Below, one piece after another: positions 13,975 through 27,779 of a stretch of DNA of 64,000 nucleotides (position 1 is the stretch's first letter; the number at the start of each line of letters is the position of its first letter). The notes under the pieces were generated by a model. That model was not told where the DNA came from, made no database searches, and saw only the letters and a list, made by a program, of their open reading frames with translations. The translations under genes were made by a program, and so were the position numbers. Origin of the DNA: Octopus bimaculoides (taxonomy: Eukaryota); the NCBI RefSeq assembly GCF_001194135.2, contig NC_068985.1:109298281-109362280 (forward strand), given 5' to 3'.

Positions 13975-14200
13975 AAGATGACTTATGATTGTTCGATTTG
14001 TTTTTGCTGAACGACATGCACAAATAATTCGTTTATAGTGGTTAAATGTATGTGCTGTATGCCTTCCAGCAAACCGACGTTGCCTGAACAGGCGCACGGT
14101 GAGCCATACGTCAGGTGTGGAAGTGATCGCAGAGCAACGTGTGATGAACTCTTTGCTCAAGAACACAACGCACCATTCGGTTTGGAACTGAAACCTCTAT
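13975..14200 (-). mobile_element. Degenerate family C SINE
   Basis: gagcaacgtgtgatgaactctttgctcaagaacacaacgc...ggaactgaaacc matches the copies at 29.7-30.0 kb and 42.6 kb. Confidence 0.6.
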
Positions 14201-15059
14201 GATGTGATCGTCAGTACAACAAGGATAAAGACGTAAGCAGGAAACGATTGATATAAAATTGTAGCACATGAATAACGAGTTTAATGATGTGGAATTGATG
14301 CGAATTTATTTTACCAATAACTTATACCAGAAGCATTCCAGATATTTCGATGTATTATTTCGTAACATTCCTGAGATTCTAAGTGCAATGGTCAAGTGTA
14401 ACTACCATGGCAGCCACAGTGTTCCAAATAATATTGATTTTCATATTTATTTTCGCAAATTTATTCCAGTAATTTGACTTTCAAAGTTAACGAAGTAGTA
14501 ATATACAACGCTTCGAATTGATGCTGCTATAAACAACAAACATATTATGATGTATACTTGAGAATAAAATTAAACAGAGAGCAAGGAATTTTGCCAAATT
14601 CTACAGACGGTTTCTAATCGTTTGGCATATACACGTTTACTTTGTATAATTATTTCATTCTCTAATTATTGTAATAACCAAACTAAACAAGTAATAACAA
14701 TGTATCCCAATAGAATAAGCATTTATAAGAAACTGTATTTGCCCGATCACTATCTTCATACAGGGATGATAGCGTTGTTTAGTCAATATCTACAGATATT
14801 GTCTAATTATGTAGGCGATATTCATACACGAATAATATATCCCTGAATATGTATGTTTCTCTCCATAAATTGAATTACGCTTTATATTCAGTTAAAATCT
14901 GCACGACGAATATGTGGGTTTGAGTGTCACTTTCTCTCTTTCTCTAGCTCTCCTCTTTTTCTCTCCATTCTCTTCCCTCTCTATCTCTTTCTCTCTTTCT
15001 CTCTCTCTCTCTCTCTCGCTCTCTCTCCGTATATATATATTAATACACTTACACACATA

Positions 15060-15388
15060 TACAGGATGCGATGGGTAAATTGTCGCCATGTTGCATTTTT
15101 AATTTCCTGGATGTGTGTTTTAGATTTTGTCAGTTGGGCACCATCTGTGAGAAAAACAACACCATATCGGAATAACATCCACTCAACACCTTGGTCTTTG
15201 GAGTGATCACTAGTGATGGCAACGTTAAGCCTCCATTCATCTTCCCACACACCCTCACTTTCAACACAGAGACCTATATCAAGTACCTGAAGGAGGTAGT
15301 GCTGCCCTGGGTCAAGAGGTTGGCTGCTGGAATATCCTATGTCTGGCAACACAACTCTGCACCAAGGCACACAAGTAGGAGAAAATAG
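15060..15388 (+). mobile_element. maT/DD37D-type (Tc1/mariner superfamily) internally deleted element
   Basis: Starts TACAGGATGCGATGGG; encodes VFGVITSDGNVKPPFIFP...YIKYLKEVVLPWVKRLAAG..YVWQHNSAPRHTS (YVWQQDSAP-type motif). Confidence 0.8.
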
Positions 15389-15389
15389 T

Positions 15390-16078
15390 TATGGCTGTTA
15401 GACAATCAAGTCCATCAACAGTAACACAAGTTTCGTCCGTATACAAGACATTTGAAAAGCCGACCTTCATGTTATATTCTGCCCATTTCAGATGATTTTG
15501 AATCTGTATTTTGTTTAAAGGAGATCTTTTAACTCATATCGCTGGTTTACCGACCCTTTTGAGAAGACGACACAGTTACTTCAACAATGCGCTTCAAAAT
15601 GTCTCCACTTGTAAGGCCTGGCTTCTTTACAGCTTCACGCTAAAATCGTGACAGAGAACATTGAGAAACAGCCCTCCACTAACCCTTGTCGGCTATCTCG
15701 CGTATCTTCTTAGGAACTATAACAATTTTTTTCACAGTTTGGTGATATCTTCCAGATATTTTAGATATTTCTAGTGTTGATTTACGTTTTGTAAGTTCAG
15801 AAGTAATAACAGATTTCTCTGAAGTGGTTAAGTATCGTTTACGACCCATAATTACACGATTATCGGACCACTCGTTAATAACTTTGAACACTGAATGTGC
15901 GCGGAAATCATGCAAACGGCCGGGGTTTCATTATACCTGGGCAAAACCCCCACGTTTTATTTACACACCACGCGCATATAACTGTTACCATCATACTGCG
16001 GAAATTTTGTTGAATTCCGACGAGTAATATTTAGATTAAATAAACAATTGTTACGTTGCTGATAATTTGAAACGCGGA

Positions 16079-16082
<4 letters not shown>
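15390..16082 (-). mobile_element. Tc1-like transposon 5' part
   Basis: End TACTCCGCGTTTCAAATTAT abuts (TA)n; translation MGRKRYLTTSEKSVITSELTKRKSTLEISK... HLKWAEYNMKVGFSNVLYTDETCVTVDGLD (first catalytic D), with stops. Confidence 0.8.
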
Positions 16083-16119
<37 letters not shown>

Positions 16120-17017
16120 TACGGAAGTGCTACTAAAGGTTCCATGCTTTTAAGATACAATAAACTTACAGATTTATATAACATGCTATGTATCTTCAAG
16201 TATTCTTTCAGGCTCAGATCATACGCTAGATGTATTTAAAAACTAGGACGCCGGACTATAAAAAACTATAAGAGAAAAAATGAGAAGAAAATTTCGAAAA
16301 GGTAAAAACACGAAGATGATTAATGCAAATCTTGAAACAAGAAAAAAGAAAAGTAAGAATATCAAAATATTCTTTTCTTTTTTGCAGGAAGTAGGTTTAG
16401 ATGTTTAAAAGAAACAAACTGATCTCCTGCTGTCCAAGGTCCCAGATAAGCAAGAGGACAGCAACATCGAACTCCCCCTTCACCAAAAGTCAATCACAAA
16501 AGAATGGCCACTGAAAAGGTAATAGTGCTGACGGTGCCCTATCATGGCCGCTGCAATTCGAATAAGGCACATTATAAAAGAATAAAAGAATGACGGAGAA
16601 AGCCTCACTGTGCGTGTAATGCGAATAAACAATATTGTTAATCGGAGTAAAGTAGTCGAGTGCATGCACTCTAAGGAGCGTGCACCACATTGAGAAACGG
16701 TCCCTCACAAAACTATCATCCCCTTTTCTTTTTCCTTTTTTTTTTTCTACTTCAATAGCATAAGTAGAATGTAATTATAATCTTATTCCAATATTTAGAT
16801 ATATTTCAGTCATTCTTATTGTGCTATGGTGTAACTAAAAATAGATGTGTATATACTGTATGCATCTAACATTTACATAACACTGTATTTATCATGACGA
16901 AATTTAATATCACAACATATTGTATTCAGCTAGTCTGTTTGTTTGACAAATTTCGTCTACAAATGTGATAGCATATATAAATACATACATACACAAACAC
17001 ACATACACACACGCACA

Positions 17018-17059
<42 letters not shown>

Positions 17060-17636
17060 NNNNNNNNNNNNNNNNNNNNNNNNNNNNNNNNNNNNNNNNN
17101 NNNNNNNNNNNNNNNNNNNNNNNNNNNNNNNNNNNNNNNNNNNNNNNNNNNNNNNNNNNNNNNNNNNNNNNNNNNNNNNNNNNNNNNNNNNNNNNNNNNN
17201 NNNNNNNNNNNNNNNNNNNNNNNNNNNNNNNNNNNNNNNNNNNNNNNNNNNNNNNNNNNNNNNNNNNNNNNNNNNNNNNNNNNNNNNNNNNNNNNNNNNN
17301 NNNNNNNNNNNNNNNNNNNNNNNNNNNNNNNNNNNNNNNNNNNNNNNNNNNNNNNNNNNNNNNNNNNNNNNNNNNNNNNNNNNNNNNNNNNNNNNNNNNN
17401 NNNNNNNNNNNNNNNNNNNNNNNNNNNNNNNNNNNNNNNNNNNNNNNNNNNNNNNNNNNNNNNNNNNNNNNNNNNNNNNNNNNNNNNNNNNNNNNNNNNN
17501 NNNNNNNNNNNNNNNNNNNNNNNNNNNNNNNNNNNNNNNNNNNNNNNNNNNNNNNNNNNNNNNNNNNNNNNNNNNNNNNNNNNNNNNNNNNNNNNNNNNN
17601 NNNNNNNNNNNNNNNNNNNNNNNNNNNNNNNNNNNN

Positions 17637-17714
<78 letters not shown>

Positions 17715-17723
17715 GTAGATAAT

Positions 17724-17852
17724 ACAGTTCTATATTTAAAAGATGAGGAATTATGTACATTATTTTCATTATTTACATTTGACGGATATTTGTCCTCATC
17801 TTGTTTGTTGTTAACACAACGTTTCGGTTGGTATACCACCAGCAGGTGTCTT
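17724..17852 (-). mobile_element. Truncated 3' part of family D SINE (hammerhead-like region partly deleted)
   Basis: Closely similar to 59264-59406: acagttcta...agatgaggaattatgtacattattt...gacggatatttgtcctcatc...ttaacacaacgtttcgg. Confidence 0.85.
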
Positions 17853-18180
17853 CTACTATAGCCTCAGGCCGACAAAAGCTTTGTGAGTGGATTTAGTACA
17901 TGGAAACTGAAAGAAGCCCGTCGTATATGCATGTATATATGTATATATATGTATGCGTGTCTTTGTGTCTGTGTTTGTCTCCCACTCCATCATCGCTTTA
18001 CAAACGGTGCGGTGTGTTTACATCACCATAACTTTCCGTAAAATAGACCGATAGAATAAATACTAAGCTTAAAATATAATCCTGGGGCCGATTTCTTCGA
18101 ATAAAATCCTACAAGGTGGTGCTGCAGCATGACTGCAGTCAAATTACTGAGACAAGTAAAAACAATAAAAGAATAAAAGA
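17846..18180 (+). mobile_element. Family B SINE lacking its head
   Basis: gtgtcttctactatagcctcaggccgac...gtgagtggattt...ggaaactgaaagaagcccgtcgtata...gcagcatgactgcagtcaaa. Confidence 0.8.
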
Positions 18181-18336
18181 ATAAAAGAACACACATATCT
18201 TTCTTTTCCTGGCCGTTCAATAACACTGCACTTATTCCACGGCCTCGCGTTGTATTTTTTTTGTGTCTTTTCTTGCTTGTTCGTGTTTGAATCAACTATA
18301 CATATATATACATATACATTTTTACACACACACACG

Positions 18337-18368
<32 letters not shown>

Positions 18369-18429
18369 ATCCAAAGTGTTGGAATTAACCCAGACCACAA
18401 GTTATTTCACGTTATATGTATTATCATAA

Positions 18430-18720
18430 GATAGCGAGCTGCCATAAGCGTTAGCGCATCGGGCAAAATGCTTAACGTTATTTAATCTGTCCTCACGTTT
18501 TGAGTTCAAATTCCGCCGAGGTCGACTTTGTCTTTCATCCTTTCGAAATCGATAAATAAAGTACCTGTTGCGTACTGGAGTCGGTTACATCGGGCCTTGT
18601 GCGGCGAGTTGGCAGAAACGTTAGCACGCCGGGCGAAGTAGCAGTTGCATACTGTGGTTCAAATCCACTGGTCCTCTCCCCCAAAATGTCATGCTTTGTG
18701 CCTATATTAGAAAGGATTAT
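18430..18720 (+). mobile_element. Rearranged family A SINE
   Basis: gagttcaaattccgccgaggtcgactttg...catcctttcg; a second head gcggcgagttggcagaaacgttagcacgccgggcgaa lies internally. Confidence 0.8.
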
Positions 18721-18855
18721 ATGTATTATTATATAGATATTGTATAAATATAAACCACCAAGAGCTGTGTGCTCGCACATTATGAGGTTAATAGCTTTGA
18801 GCGCAGTTTTGTGATCTTCATTAAAGCCTGTTAATTCCATCTTCTTGTATTATGA

Positions 18856-18913
<58 letters not shown>

Positions 18914-19254
18914 CATCGTATTGTTTTGATTTCCAGATCGGCTGATGCGTTGCATTCCTTAGCAAAGCATTTCATTTCATGTTGTTGAGCGATCATTTCG
19001 ACAAGTGATGCGTTGTAAACTAGTGTACCTGTATAGGGAAGTCGATTTGATGGGGTAAGTAAAGACAAACATTTGACTGTTATAAACAACGAAGCTCTAT
19101 GTTTGTTCAGCAAGAAATTGCGGAATTCTCATCAATTGTTTAACCATGAGAGACTCTATAATGTGTTTATGTGTATATACGTACATACATATATATATAT
19201 CTGTGTGTGTGTATGTTTCATTTATATATAAGCATATACATATGCGCCTTTATA

Positions 19255-19285
<31 letters not shown>

Positions 19286-19780
19286 NNNNNNNNNNNNNNN
19301 NNNNNNNNNNNNNNNNNNNNNNNNNNNNNNNNNNNNNNNNNNNNNNNNNNNNNNNNNNNNNNNNNNNNNNNNNNNNNNNNNNNNNNNNNNNNNNNNNNNN
19401 NNNNNNNNNNNNNNNNNNNNNNNNNNNNNNNNNNNNNNNNNNNNNNNNNNNNNNNNNNNNNNNNNNNNNNNNNNNNNNNNNNNNNNNNNNNNNNNNNNNN
19501 NNNNNNNNNNNNNNNNNNNNNNNNNNNNNNNNNNNNNNNNNNNNNNNNNNNNNNNNNNNNNNNNNNNNNNNNNNNNNNNNNNNNNNNNNNNNNNNNNNNN
19601 NNNNNNNNNNNNNNNNNNNNNNNNNNNNNNNNNNNNNNNNNNNNNNNNNNNNNNNNNNNNNNNNNNNNNNNNNNNNNNNNNNNNNNNNNNNNNNNNNNNN
19701 NNNNNNNNNNNNNNNNNNNNNNNNNNNNNNNNNNNNNNNNNNNNNNNNNNNNNNNNNNNNNNNNNNNNNNNNNNNNNNNN

Positions 19781-19814
<34 letters not shown>

Positions 19815-21944
19815 GATGGACTTCTTTCAGTTTCCGTCTGCCAAATCTACTCATATAGCTCTGGTCGGCCCGAGGCTATACCAGAGGACACTTATCCAAG
19901 ATGCTACGAAATGAGACAACCCGTGGTTAAGAAGTAAGCTTCTTACTACGCAGACACACCAGTATGTATGTATGTATGTATGTATGTATGTATGTATGTA
20001 TGTATGTATGTATGTGCATTTCTGTGTGTGTCTCTGTTTAGTTAATGATATTTATTTTTAACATCAACACTTCTACAGCTGTCACACCTTCATTAGTTCG
20101 AAAGCAAAATGCGATTTAATAATTCTTTTCAGTCATATACACCGTAGTGTCTATCACATTCTAACGTGGCTGACACAATATCTTCGCAGTAGTTTCACAC
20201 TGATGCGTGATACTCGTTATTAGAAAATATAACCAATATCTTTTGACACGTATGTAAACGTCACAAATTCTTGTTTCACTGAATCCAAGAAAGTTGAATA
20301 TTTTATTAGTAAATTAAATATATTCACTTTCTTTTAATGTGTTGGAGAATACTTCCCATGAGAAACTTTATGGTAAAATCAACTTTCAATGTCTCGGCTT
20401 TGAATTCCATCTGGAATGGTAACATTTCACTAATCTGCTTATTGAAAAATCATGAGGGTTTCAAGTTCAATTTACGCTTTTAAATAGAGAAGAAATTCAC
20501 ATAATCTCGTTCTACTAGGAACAATAGCTTAATTCAAGATGATCCTGTTATATAAATTAAACCGAGAAGGATAATTGCTATGCAATATAAGTTGAGATGA
20601 CAATGTCTGGAACGCCTTCATTCTATAGTATGTTAGGGCGAAAGTTAATGAGTTTTAATGTCTCCTTCTTTCGGGAACAGTTTGATGTTTTGGTGAACAG
20701 CCAACAGCGTTGATGAGCATAAAGATTAAAACTGCAGTTGAGAAAAAAGTTAGCTAGAATGCAGGACAGTATATTGGCTCGATGGCTTCACCTGGGACCA
20801 AATATCAGTATCAACATATCTATCATTACGTGATTACTCGACCTCGTGATGTACACAGATAAACCACAATTTACTACCTCACCATCTCATCGAAAGAAAA
20901 GAAGCACAAACCTGTTACCTGTTCATATATGCTTGAAGCATATTCGAACCCGTAAGAAAACCATTTAATAAATTTTGTTAAAGAGAACATTTCTCGCTGT
21001 CGACACACCAAGTCAGTTCGCAGCGTTCCGTAATCAGACTGTTGGATGCATATGCCTCAAGTTCATTTGAACTGGTAGCAAGGTTGCATTTATACACATC
21101 ACCGCTTAGTGGTTTTGATTTAACACATTAAATGCAAGATCTTTTCCCTGAAAACGGAGGCTCAACTCATCCTTCGATGGAATCAATCTACAAACTTTAT
21201 TGTAGACCACCGGGCTCCCAATAAAAGTAGCTGGATTTCAAATTATTTTCGTCAACCCATTTAATTCTCTATAAAATTTGTATTCTGTATAAGCCGAACC
21301 TTTTGGTATGTAAACATATATACTTGTTTTGTATTTCATGTATTTGATATACTTTATATATTGAGCTGTCTAACTTGCTTATTCCTATCTTTACTTCCAA
21401 ACCCGCTCAAGCTTAAATCTCTTGAGCACTAATAAGTGTATTCTATATGGAGAATATCTGATTCGCATCTATGAACTGTATATAAATGTATTATATTATC
21501 AAAATAAGAGGACGAATAAAGGGTTTAGCACAACTTTAAAGACCAGTTACAATTTTTTTTCTGTACCACTGTTCTTAACGCTATTGTATGCAAAAGTTCC
21601 TTGTGAAAGCTATGTAGTATTTGTGGATTCAAATATTAAAGAGAAACTTTTCATGAAATAACCTGGTTGATCATCAATAATGTGCTAAATTCTTGATTGT
21701 TTCTTATTATTTATTTGGATTATATTTTACTCCTCGTTAGACACATACATTAGTCTTACCGATGTCATTATTGATTTTCTACGCCACAAGAATTTCGAAC
21801 TTATTTAAGATTACAGTTCAAGGGTAAATTGCCTTAAGATCGGGTTGCTGCTGCATTGCAAAAACCTTATCTTTCTGCCCTTCTAGGACTTTGATATGTG
21901 TTGCTGTATATTTGATATACACTATATACACTTTGTATTTTCAA

Positions 21945-22026
<82 letters not shown>
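21945..22026. repeat. (GATA)n microsatellite, representative of many TA/CA/GA/GATA/ATAC/TAGG tracts throughout the window
   Basis: Direct reading. Confidence 0.98.
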
Positions 22027-22027
<1 letters not shown>

Positions 22028-22362
22028 TAGCATCAAAGACTAATATCAAAACCATCACCTGTTTAATTAATCAATGATTATCTCAATTAACACTGCGGAA
22101 TTCCTGAAGAAGATCCAAAGGAAATATACCACAACTGCGATTGACACCAAGTAGCCCAAACTCTGTCAGTGCTTTACTCAAAACATCGACACACTAACTG
22201 ACATATACCCATTAGTCTATAATATTACACACATATATTTATTTACCCGCCCCCTACATACACACACATACATTTATGAGCATGGAATAATTTTGATAAA
22301 TTGTCTCCTTACTCAGAGTGGCCATTTGCTAAATAACAACTATAACAATCGATAATCATTTA

Positions 22363-22410
<48 letters not shown>

Positions 22411-22871
22411 NNNNNNNNNNNNNNNNNNNNNNNNNNNNNNNNNNNNNNNNNNNNNNNNNNNNNNNNNNNNNNNNNNNNNNNNNNNNNNNNNNNNNNNNNN
22501 NNNNNNNNNNNNNNNNNNNNNNNNNNNNNNNNNNNNNNNNNNNNNNNNNNNNNNNNNNNNNNNNNNNNNNNNNNNNNNNNNNNNNNNNNNNNNNNNNNNN
22601 NNNNNNNNNNNNNNNNNNNNNNNNNNNNNNNNNNNNNNNNNNNNNNNNNNNNNNNNNNNNNNNNNNNNNNNNNNNNNNNNNNNNNNNNNNNNNNNNNNNN
22701 NNNNNNNNNNNNNNNNNNNNNNNNNNNNNNNNNNNNNNNNNNNNNNNNNNNNNACACACACACACACACACACATACATTATATTTATATATATATATAT
22801 ATATATATATGCATGTGTGTGTATGTGTGTATATATATATATGGTTCTCTGTGTGTAACACATACACACAT

Positions 22872-22942
<71 letters not shown>

Positions 22943-25900
22943 CGTGTGTGGGTCTCTCTGTGTAACATACATATATATATTATATACGTATGTATGTATG
23001 TATGTATGTATGTATGTATATATGTATGTATGTATGTAAGTAGGTAGGTAGGTAGGTAGGTAGGTAGGTAGGTAGGTAGGTAGGTAGGTAGGTAGGTAGG
23101 TAGATATATGTGTATATGTAGATACATATAAATTAACGTTTCACATATTCGTATGTATTTGTGTAGGTATGTTAGTAGGTTGGTAGGTATTTAATCTAAA
23201 GAGAGAGCATGTGGTTTTCATTATAGCAAGTCTGAAAGATAGACAATTAGATAAAGAAATTATTTAAGAGAACGTCTATTTGATCTATATATTACGACGT
23301 GATGCTCTTCGAAGTAAAATCGATTTTGAAATCTACCTCATCAAAAATACATACACATACACACATACATTCCTATACATACATAAGCATAAATATTACA
23401 TACATATATATATGTACATATATACATACGTTCATACATACGTACATACAAACATATACATAATTGTATAGTTTCTCATTGAGAAGTTTTGGTAGGCATA
23501 AATAACTAAGCACACAGAAGAAACTTCAGTAATTTGAAATCTCGTTTGTTCTGTTGCCAGTGTCACATATACACACAGGAGGATTTAACAACGTCATTAT
23601 TTAAAAGGAAGATTATATATACATTACAATGTAAATTGTTATATTTTCTCCTTGATGTGTTTCATAAGTTGTTGGTCTTTATTGTTATTTGATCATATAA
23701 TTTCTGAACTGTTTAAAACTGCTAACCTTCAGAAAGACACTGAAATATGTTAACTGAATATTCATTTATTTTAAGATTAAGTGTCTCGCTATTTAAAATT
23801 ATAAATCTTCGACAAAGCACTGAAACTTTTTAAAGAAGTTACAAAGTGGTTTGTGTCGTTTTATTTTATAACACTCAGTCGGGAGGAGAAAGCTATTGCT
23901 GCTATGATCTTGGACTGGTAAGATCGATCGTTAAAGTTGGATTTCAACGAGAACAGTAAAATAGCAAGTAAACATCTGTAGAGTAAAACAAGAGATGTGG
24001 GGAATTTAGGTAATATAAGATGATTATTTCTCAGAGTTATTGACATAATCTTTGAGCCAACATAGGAAATATTATAATAATATTATGTACTCATCTTGAT
24101 TGTTACTTTGATTACGCTTCGGCAGTGTACGTTCCAGGTGTCTTGTGATTCACCTTATTCCTTGCTTGGAATTGAACTCAGAACTTCTATGTGACTACAT
24201 TAACCAGCACCTTATCTACTACGCTATGCCCGTAGTAGTGCTAGAGTCTACTTTTAGTGCTTATAAGCTCCTTTGATATCTTATGTCAGCGCATATCAGT
24301 TGGATTATACCATTCTGTACTTCTCAAAAATTTAGAATTGTATCAGTATACCAATGATAGATTAATGTGTAACTATGATGTTGTGGGAATAGTAATCTCG
24401 CATTGCATGGTATGTGAAATGTGGATGAGCTGTTGTTTCTCGATACTCCCTCACTGGCTCCTAAACTCATTTGTTATCTCGCATATTTTTCCTGTAAATG
24501 TTGACCCACAGAGTTTTTGCTGAATATGAAATCCATTAATCTCATGTACCTGGCAAGAACTGAAAAGGCTCTTGTAACTTCCTTTGTCTCTCTGATTGAA
24601 TGAAATTGTTTTCTCTCAGAACTGAGAGAAAACAACGTGAAACTACAGCAGGTTTCCTTCTTAGAAAACTAGAAAAACATATCTTTACAGAAAACCAACA
24701 ATGGCTTCACTTTTGTTCGCAGTTCTCTTTATCTTAAACCAATCCAAATAAAATGAATAAGTTTCAATATGAAATGCGTTTATTCATTTTCAAAATCGAA
24801 ACTATGTACCGTAATTTATTTAGTATCCCACTTGTTTACTTCTTTATAAATATTCTAATTCTTATACCAACACTTGCAAAAAAAAACTGCTTTGTATATC
24901 TCCATCGGAATCATCATCTTTTGACATCAAGTTAGATTTGTCATCAAAAACGGAGTACTGATTACCCAAATTCTGCGATCATCTATTTCATTTCCCAATG
25001 TTCATGTAGTGAAATCTCTTCATCTTGTTCTGATTAGCAATAGCATCTTAAGGAGGGTGTCATTGGCAAGCAGAATTTTTAGACTTTCTTTTGTGTTTTA
25101 CTTGTTTCAGCAATTGGATTTCGACCACGTAAGACAACAGCATTGAATAGATTTTAGCCGCAACAATCGAATTCTAAGCTAGGTACTTATTTTATCGGTT
25201 TTTTCCCCGAACCTCTAAGTTACGGGTACTTTAACAAATAAAGACAGTTTGCAAAGTAGTGATGGAAACAAACACAAAGATAACTCCACTTTAAACAGTT
25301 AAATCAAAAGACATCAAGGAGAAGACTCGGAAGAATCTGCACCGATATTATAGCTTTGCTGCAATTGCAACGCTTACTAATCGATGCAGTAGAAGAGACA
25401 TGTGTAGGTCTATTTAAAGTTGCATGCATATGTATATATNNNNNNNNNNNNNNNNNNNNNNNNNNNNNNNNNNNNNNNNNNNNNNNNNNNNNNNNNNNNN
25501 NNNNNNNNNNNNNNNNNNNNNNNNNNNNNNNNNNNNNNNNNNNNNNNNNNNNNNNNNNNNNNNNNNNNNNNNNNNNNNNNNNNNNNNNNNNNNNNNNNNN
25601 NNNNNNNNNNNNNNNNNNNNNNNNNNNNNNNNNNNNNNNNNNNNNNNNNNNNNNNNNNNNNNNNNNNNNNNNNNNNNNNNNNNNNNNNNNNNNNNNNNNN
25701 NNNNNNNNNNNNNNNNNNNNNNNNNNNNNNNNNNNNNNNNNNNNNNNNNNNNNNNNNNNNNNNNNNNNNNNNNNNNNNNNNNNNNNNNNNNNNNNNNNNN
25801 NNNNNNNNNNNNNNNNNNNNNNNNNNNNNNNNNNNNNNNNNNNNNNNNNNNNNNNNNNNNNNNNNNNNNNNNNNNNNNNNNNNNNNNNNNNNNNNNCGGA

Positions 25901-26028
25901 TATCGGGGCGGAACTCGGAGCTTTATCATGGATACCGAATAATTGTCACATATTATTTACGGATAAATTCCTCTATTTACATAATATCGGGGTCTCCTTC
26001 TTTCTTTTGTTGTCTCACCTTTTCTATC

Positions 26029-26075
<47 letters not shown>

Positions 26076-26301
26076 TATATAATGAAACAATAACGTGCTA
26101 TATTCGCTGTTTGTGTGTGTCTGTCTGTGTTCTACACACGGACTTTCATTGTTTATAATCTGTACCTGTTTTTTGGGGTTATGAAATAAGTTAAACAATG
26201 TGTACTTACTTTAAATATATATATAAGTTGAAAACTTCATGTTCAAATTTCACTTAACGTCTATGCTCCTTGTTGGCATGACTTAGCAGAATTACGCAGA
26301 A

Positions 26302-26381
26302 AGTTGATATCTCAGCTACTAGCAGTTGAGACCTGCGTAATCTAGACGCGTTTTTAAATGCTAGTAGCTGAGATACCAACT
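26302..26381. repeat. 80-bp inverted repeat (23-bp arms, one mismatch); micro-MITE or hairpin
   Basis: AGTTGATATCTCAGCTACTAGCA ... TGCTAGTAGCTGAGATACCAACT, followed by (TA)n. Confidence 0.85.
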
Positions 26382-26432
26382 ATATATATAAAGAGGAATT
26401 AAAGGTAATGCTATGCTACTTAACAATAATCC

Positions 26433-26494
<62 letters not shown>

Positions 26495-27747
26495 CACACA
26501 TATGCTTGAGGAATGTGTGCCCATTGCGTGTGCGTGTGTATACAAGGCAGTCTCCTTTCACTTTCACTTCATCAAATCCTCTCATATGTCTTTGGTCGAT
26601 CCAGGACTACGGTAGAAGACACTTGCCCAAGCTGCTGCACATTTGGACGAAACCAGGAAAGAACTTCTTACCACACTGCCACGCTTGCTATGTGACAAAA
26701 ATCTAACTGTTTGTCGAAAAATAACAAGCGAGATTTTTTTAAAGACAACTAACTAATTAAATAACTGATGATGAATTTACTTCAGTTAGATTGGATTCCT
26801 CATCGAGATTTAAGTAGCTGACAATGATAACGCACTTTGAATTAGCATTTTCAACAATAATAAACTGCAACTGAAATTTGAAATAAATGTAATGCGATAT
26901 TTTGTGCAATGAATCAGATCTGGCCGAGGGAATTGCATATGGCCTACTCAAGACGAATTCTAATACAGGCTGTTATGTAGCCCACTTTTCCTTTGACTGA
27001 GTCAATACTTTAAGTGAAGTGAATAGAATAGTATTGCAGAAAAAAGAGATGATATAAAATTTGGATGACGTTAAAAGAAAAAAAAATGTTATATCGGGTT
27101 ATTTTTCAAGTTCTTTACAAAATATTAATATTAACAGCAACATCAGCATAAAATAAAACGATTAAATTTTGACAGCAGTACAAGGCCACAAAAACCAGTC
27201 GATTATATCGACCTTGTATTTGATTGGTAGCTTATTTTATTGACAACAAAATGATATAATGCGAACTTGACCCTGACGGGCAGCAAATAACAGATGATAA
27301 AAAAAACAATACTCATAATAATCAAAATATTAATAGTTTTAAGACTTTCAAATTCTTTTAGTTTTAATCAATAAAAATTCTTAAATGGCGGAACACACAC
27401 ACGCGCGAATAAAATAAAAACAATAACTTATAGGTAAATAATAGTAGAATGCCTTTGAATAGTTCCTCGGTGTTTCGCTTTGGCTTTAACATTGATCAAA
27501 TTGTCTTCTCAAATATTTTCATGTTTACTATAATTTTACTAATATTAACACTGCTAATACTATCACTACTAATACTACCACTACAGCTGCAACAATTACA
27601 ACAGCAACCACTACTTCTAGTATTTAAGCTATTACTAATACATTACCTATTATTATATTCTGTATAATCAACATGGTTTCAGATTCTGTTTCTACTAAAA
27701 TACGTATAATTAGCATTACTACACCTACTATTCTTACTGTTATTATT

Positions 27748-27779
<32 letters not shown>

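Noticed and set aside
16387-16520. Plus-strand acceptor (ttttcttttttgcag) and donor (aag|gtaata) pair
   Set aside because: Stops in all three frames and no partner exons; a non-coding exon cannot be supported without RNA data.
20340-20450. Minus-strand EMLPFQME...KFLMG as the missing GST exon
   Set aside because: It lies downstream of the last exon and lacks the CRR and GDQ motifs and splice signals.
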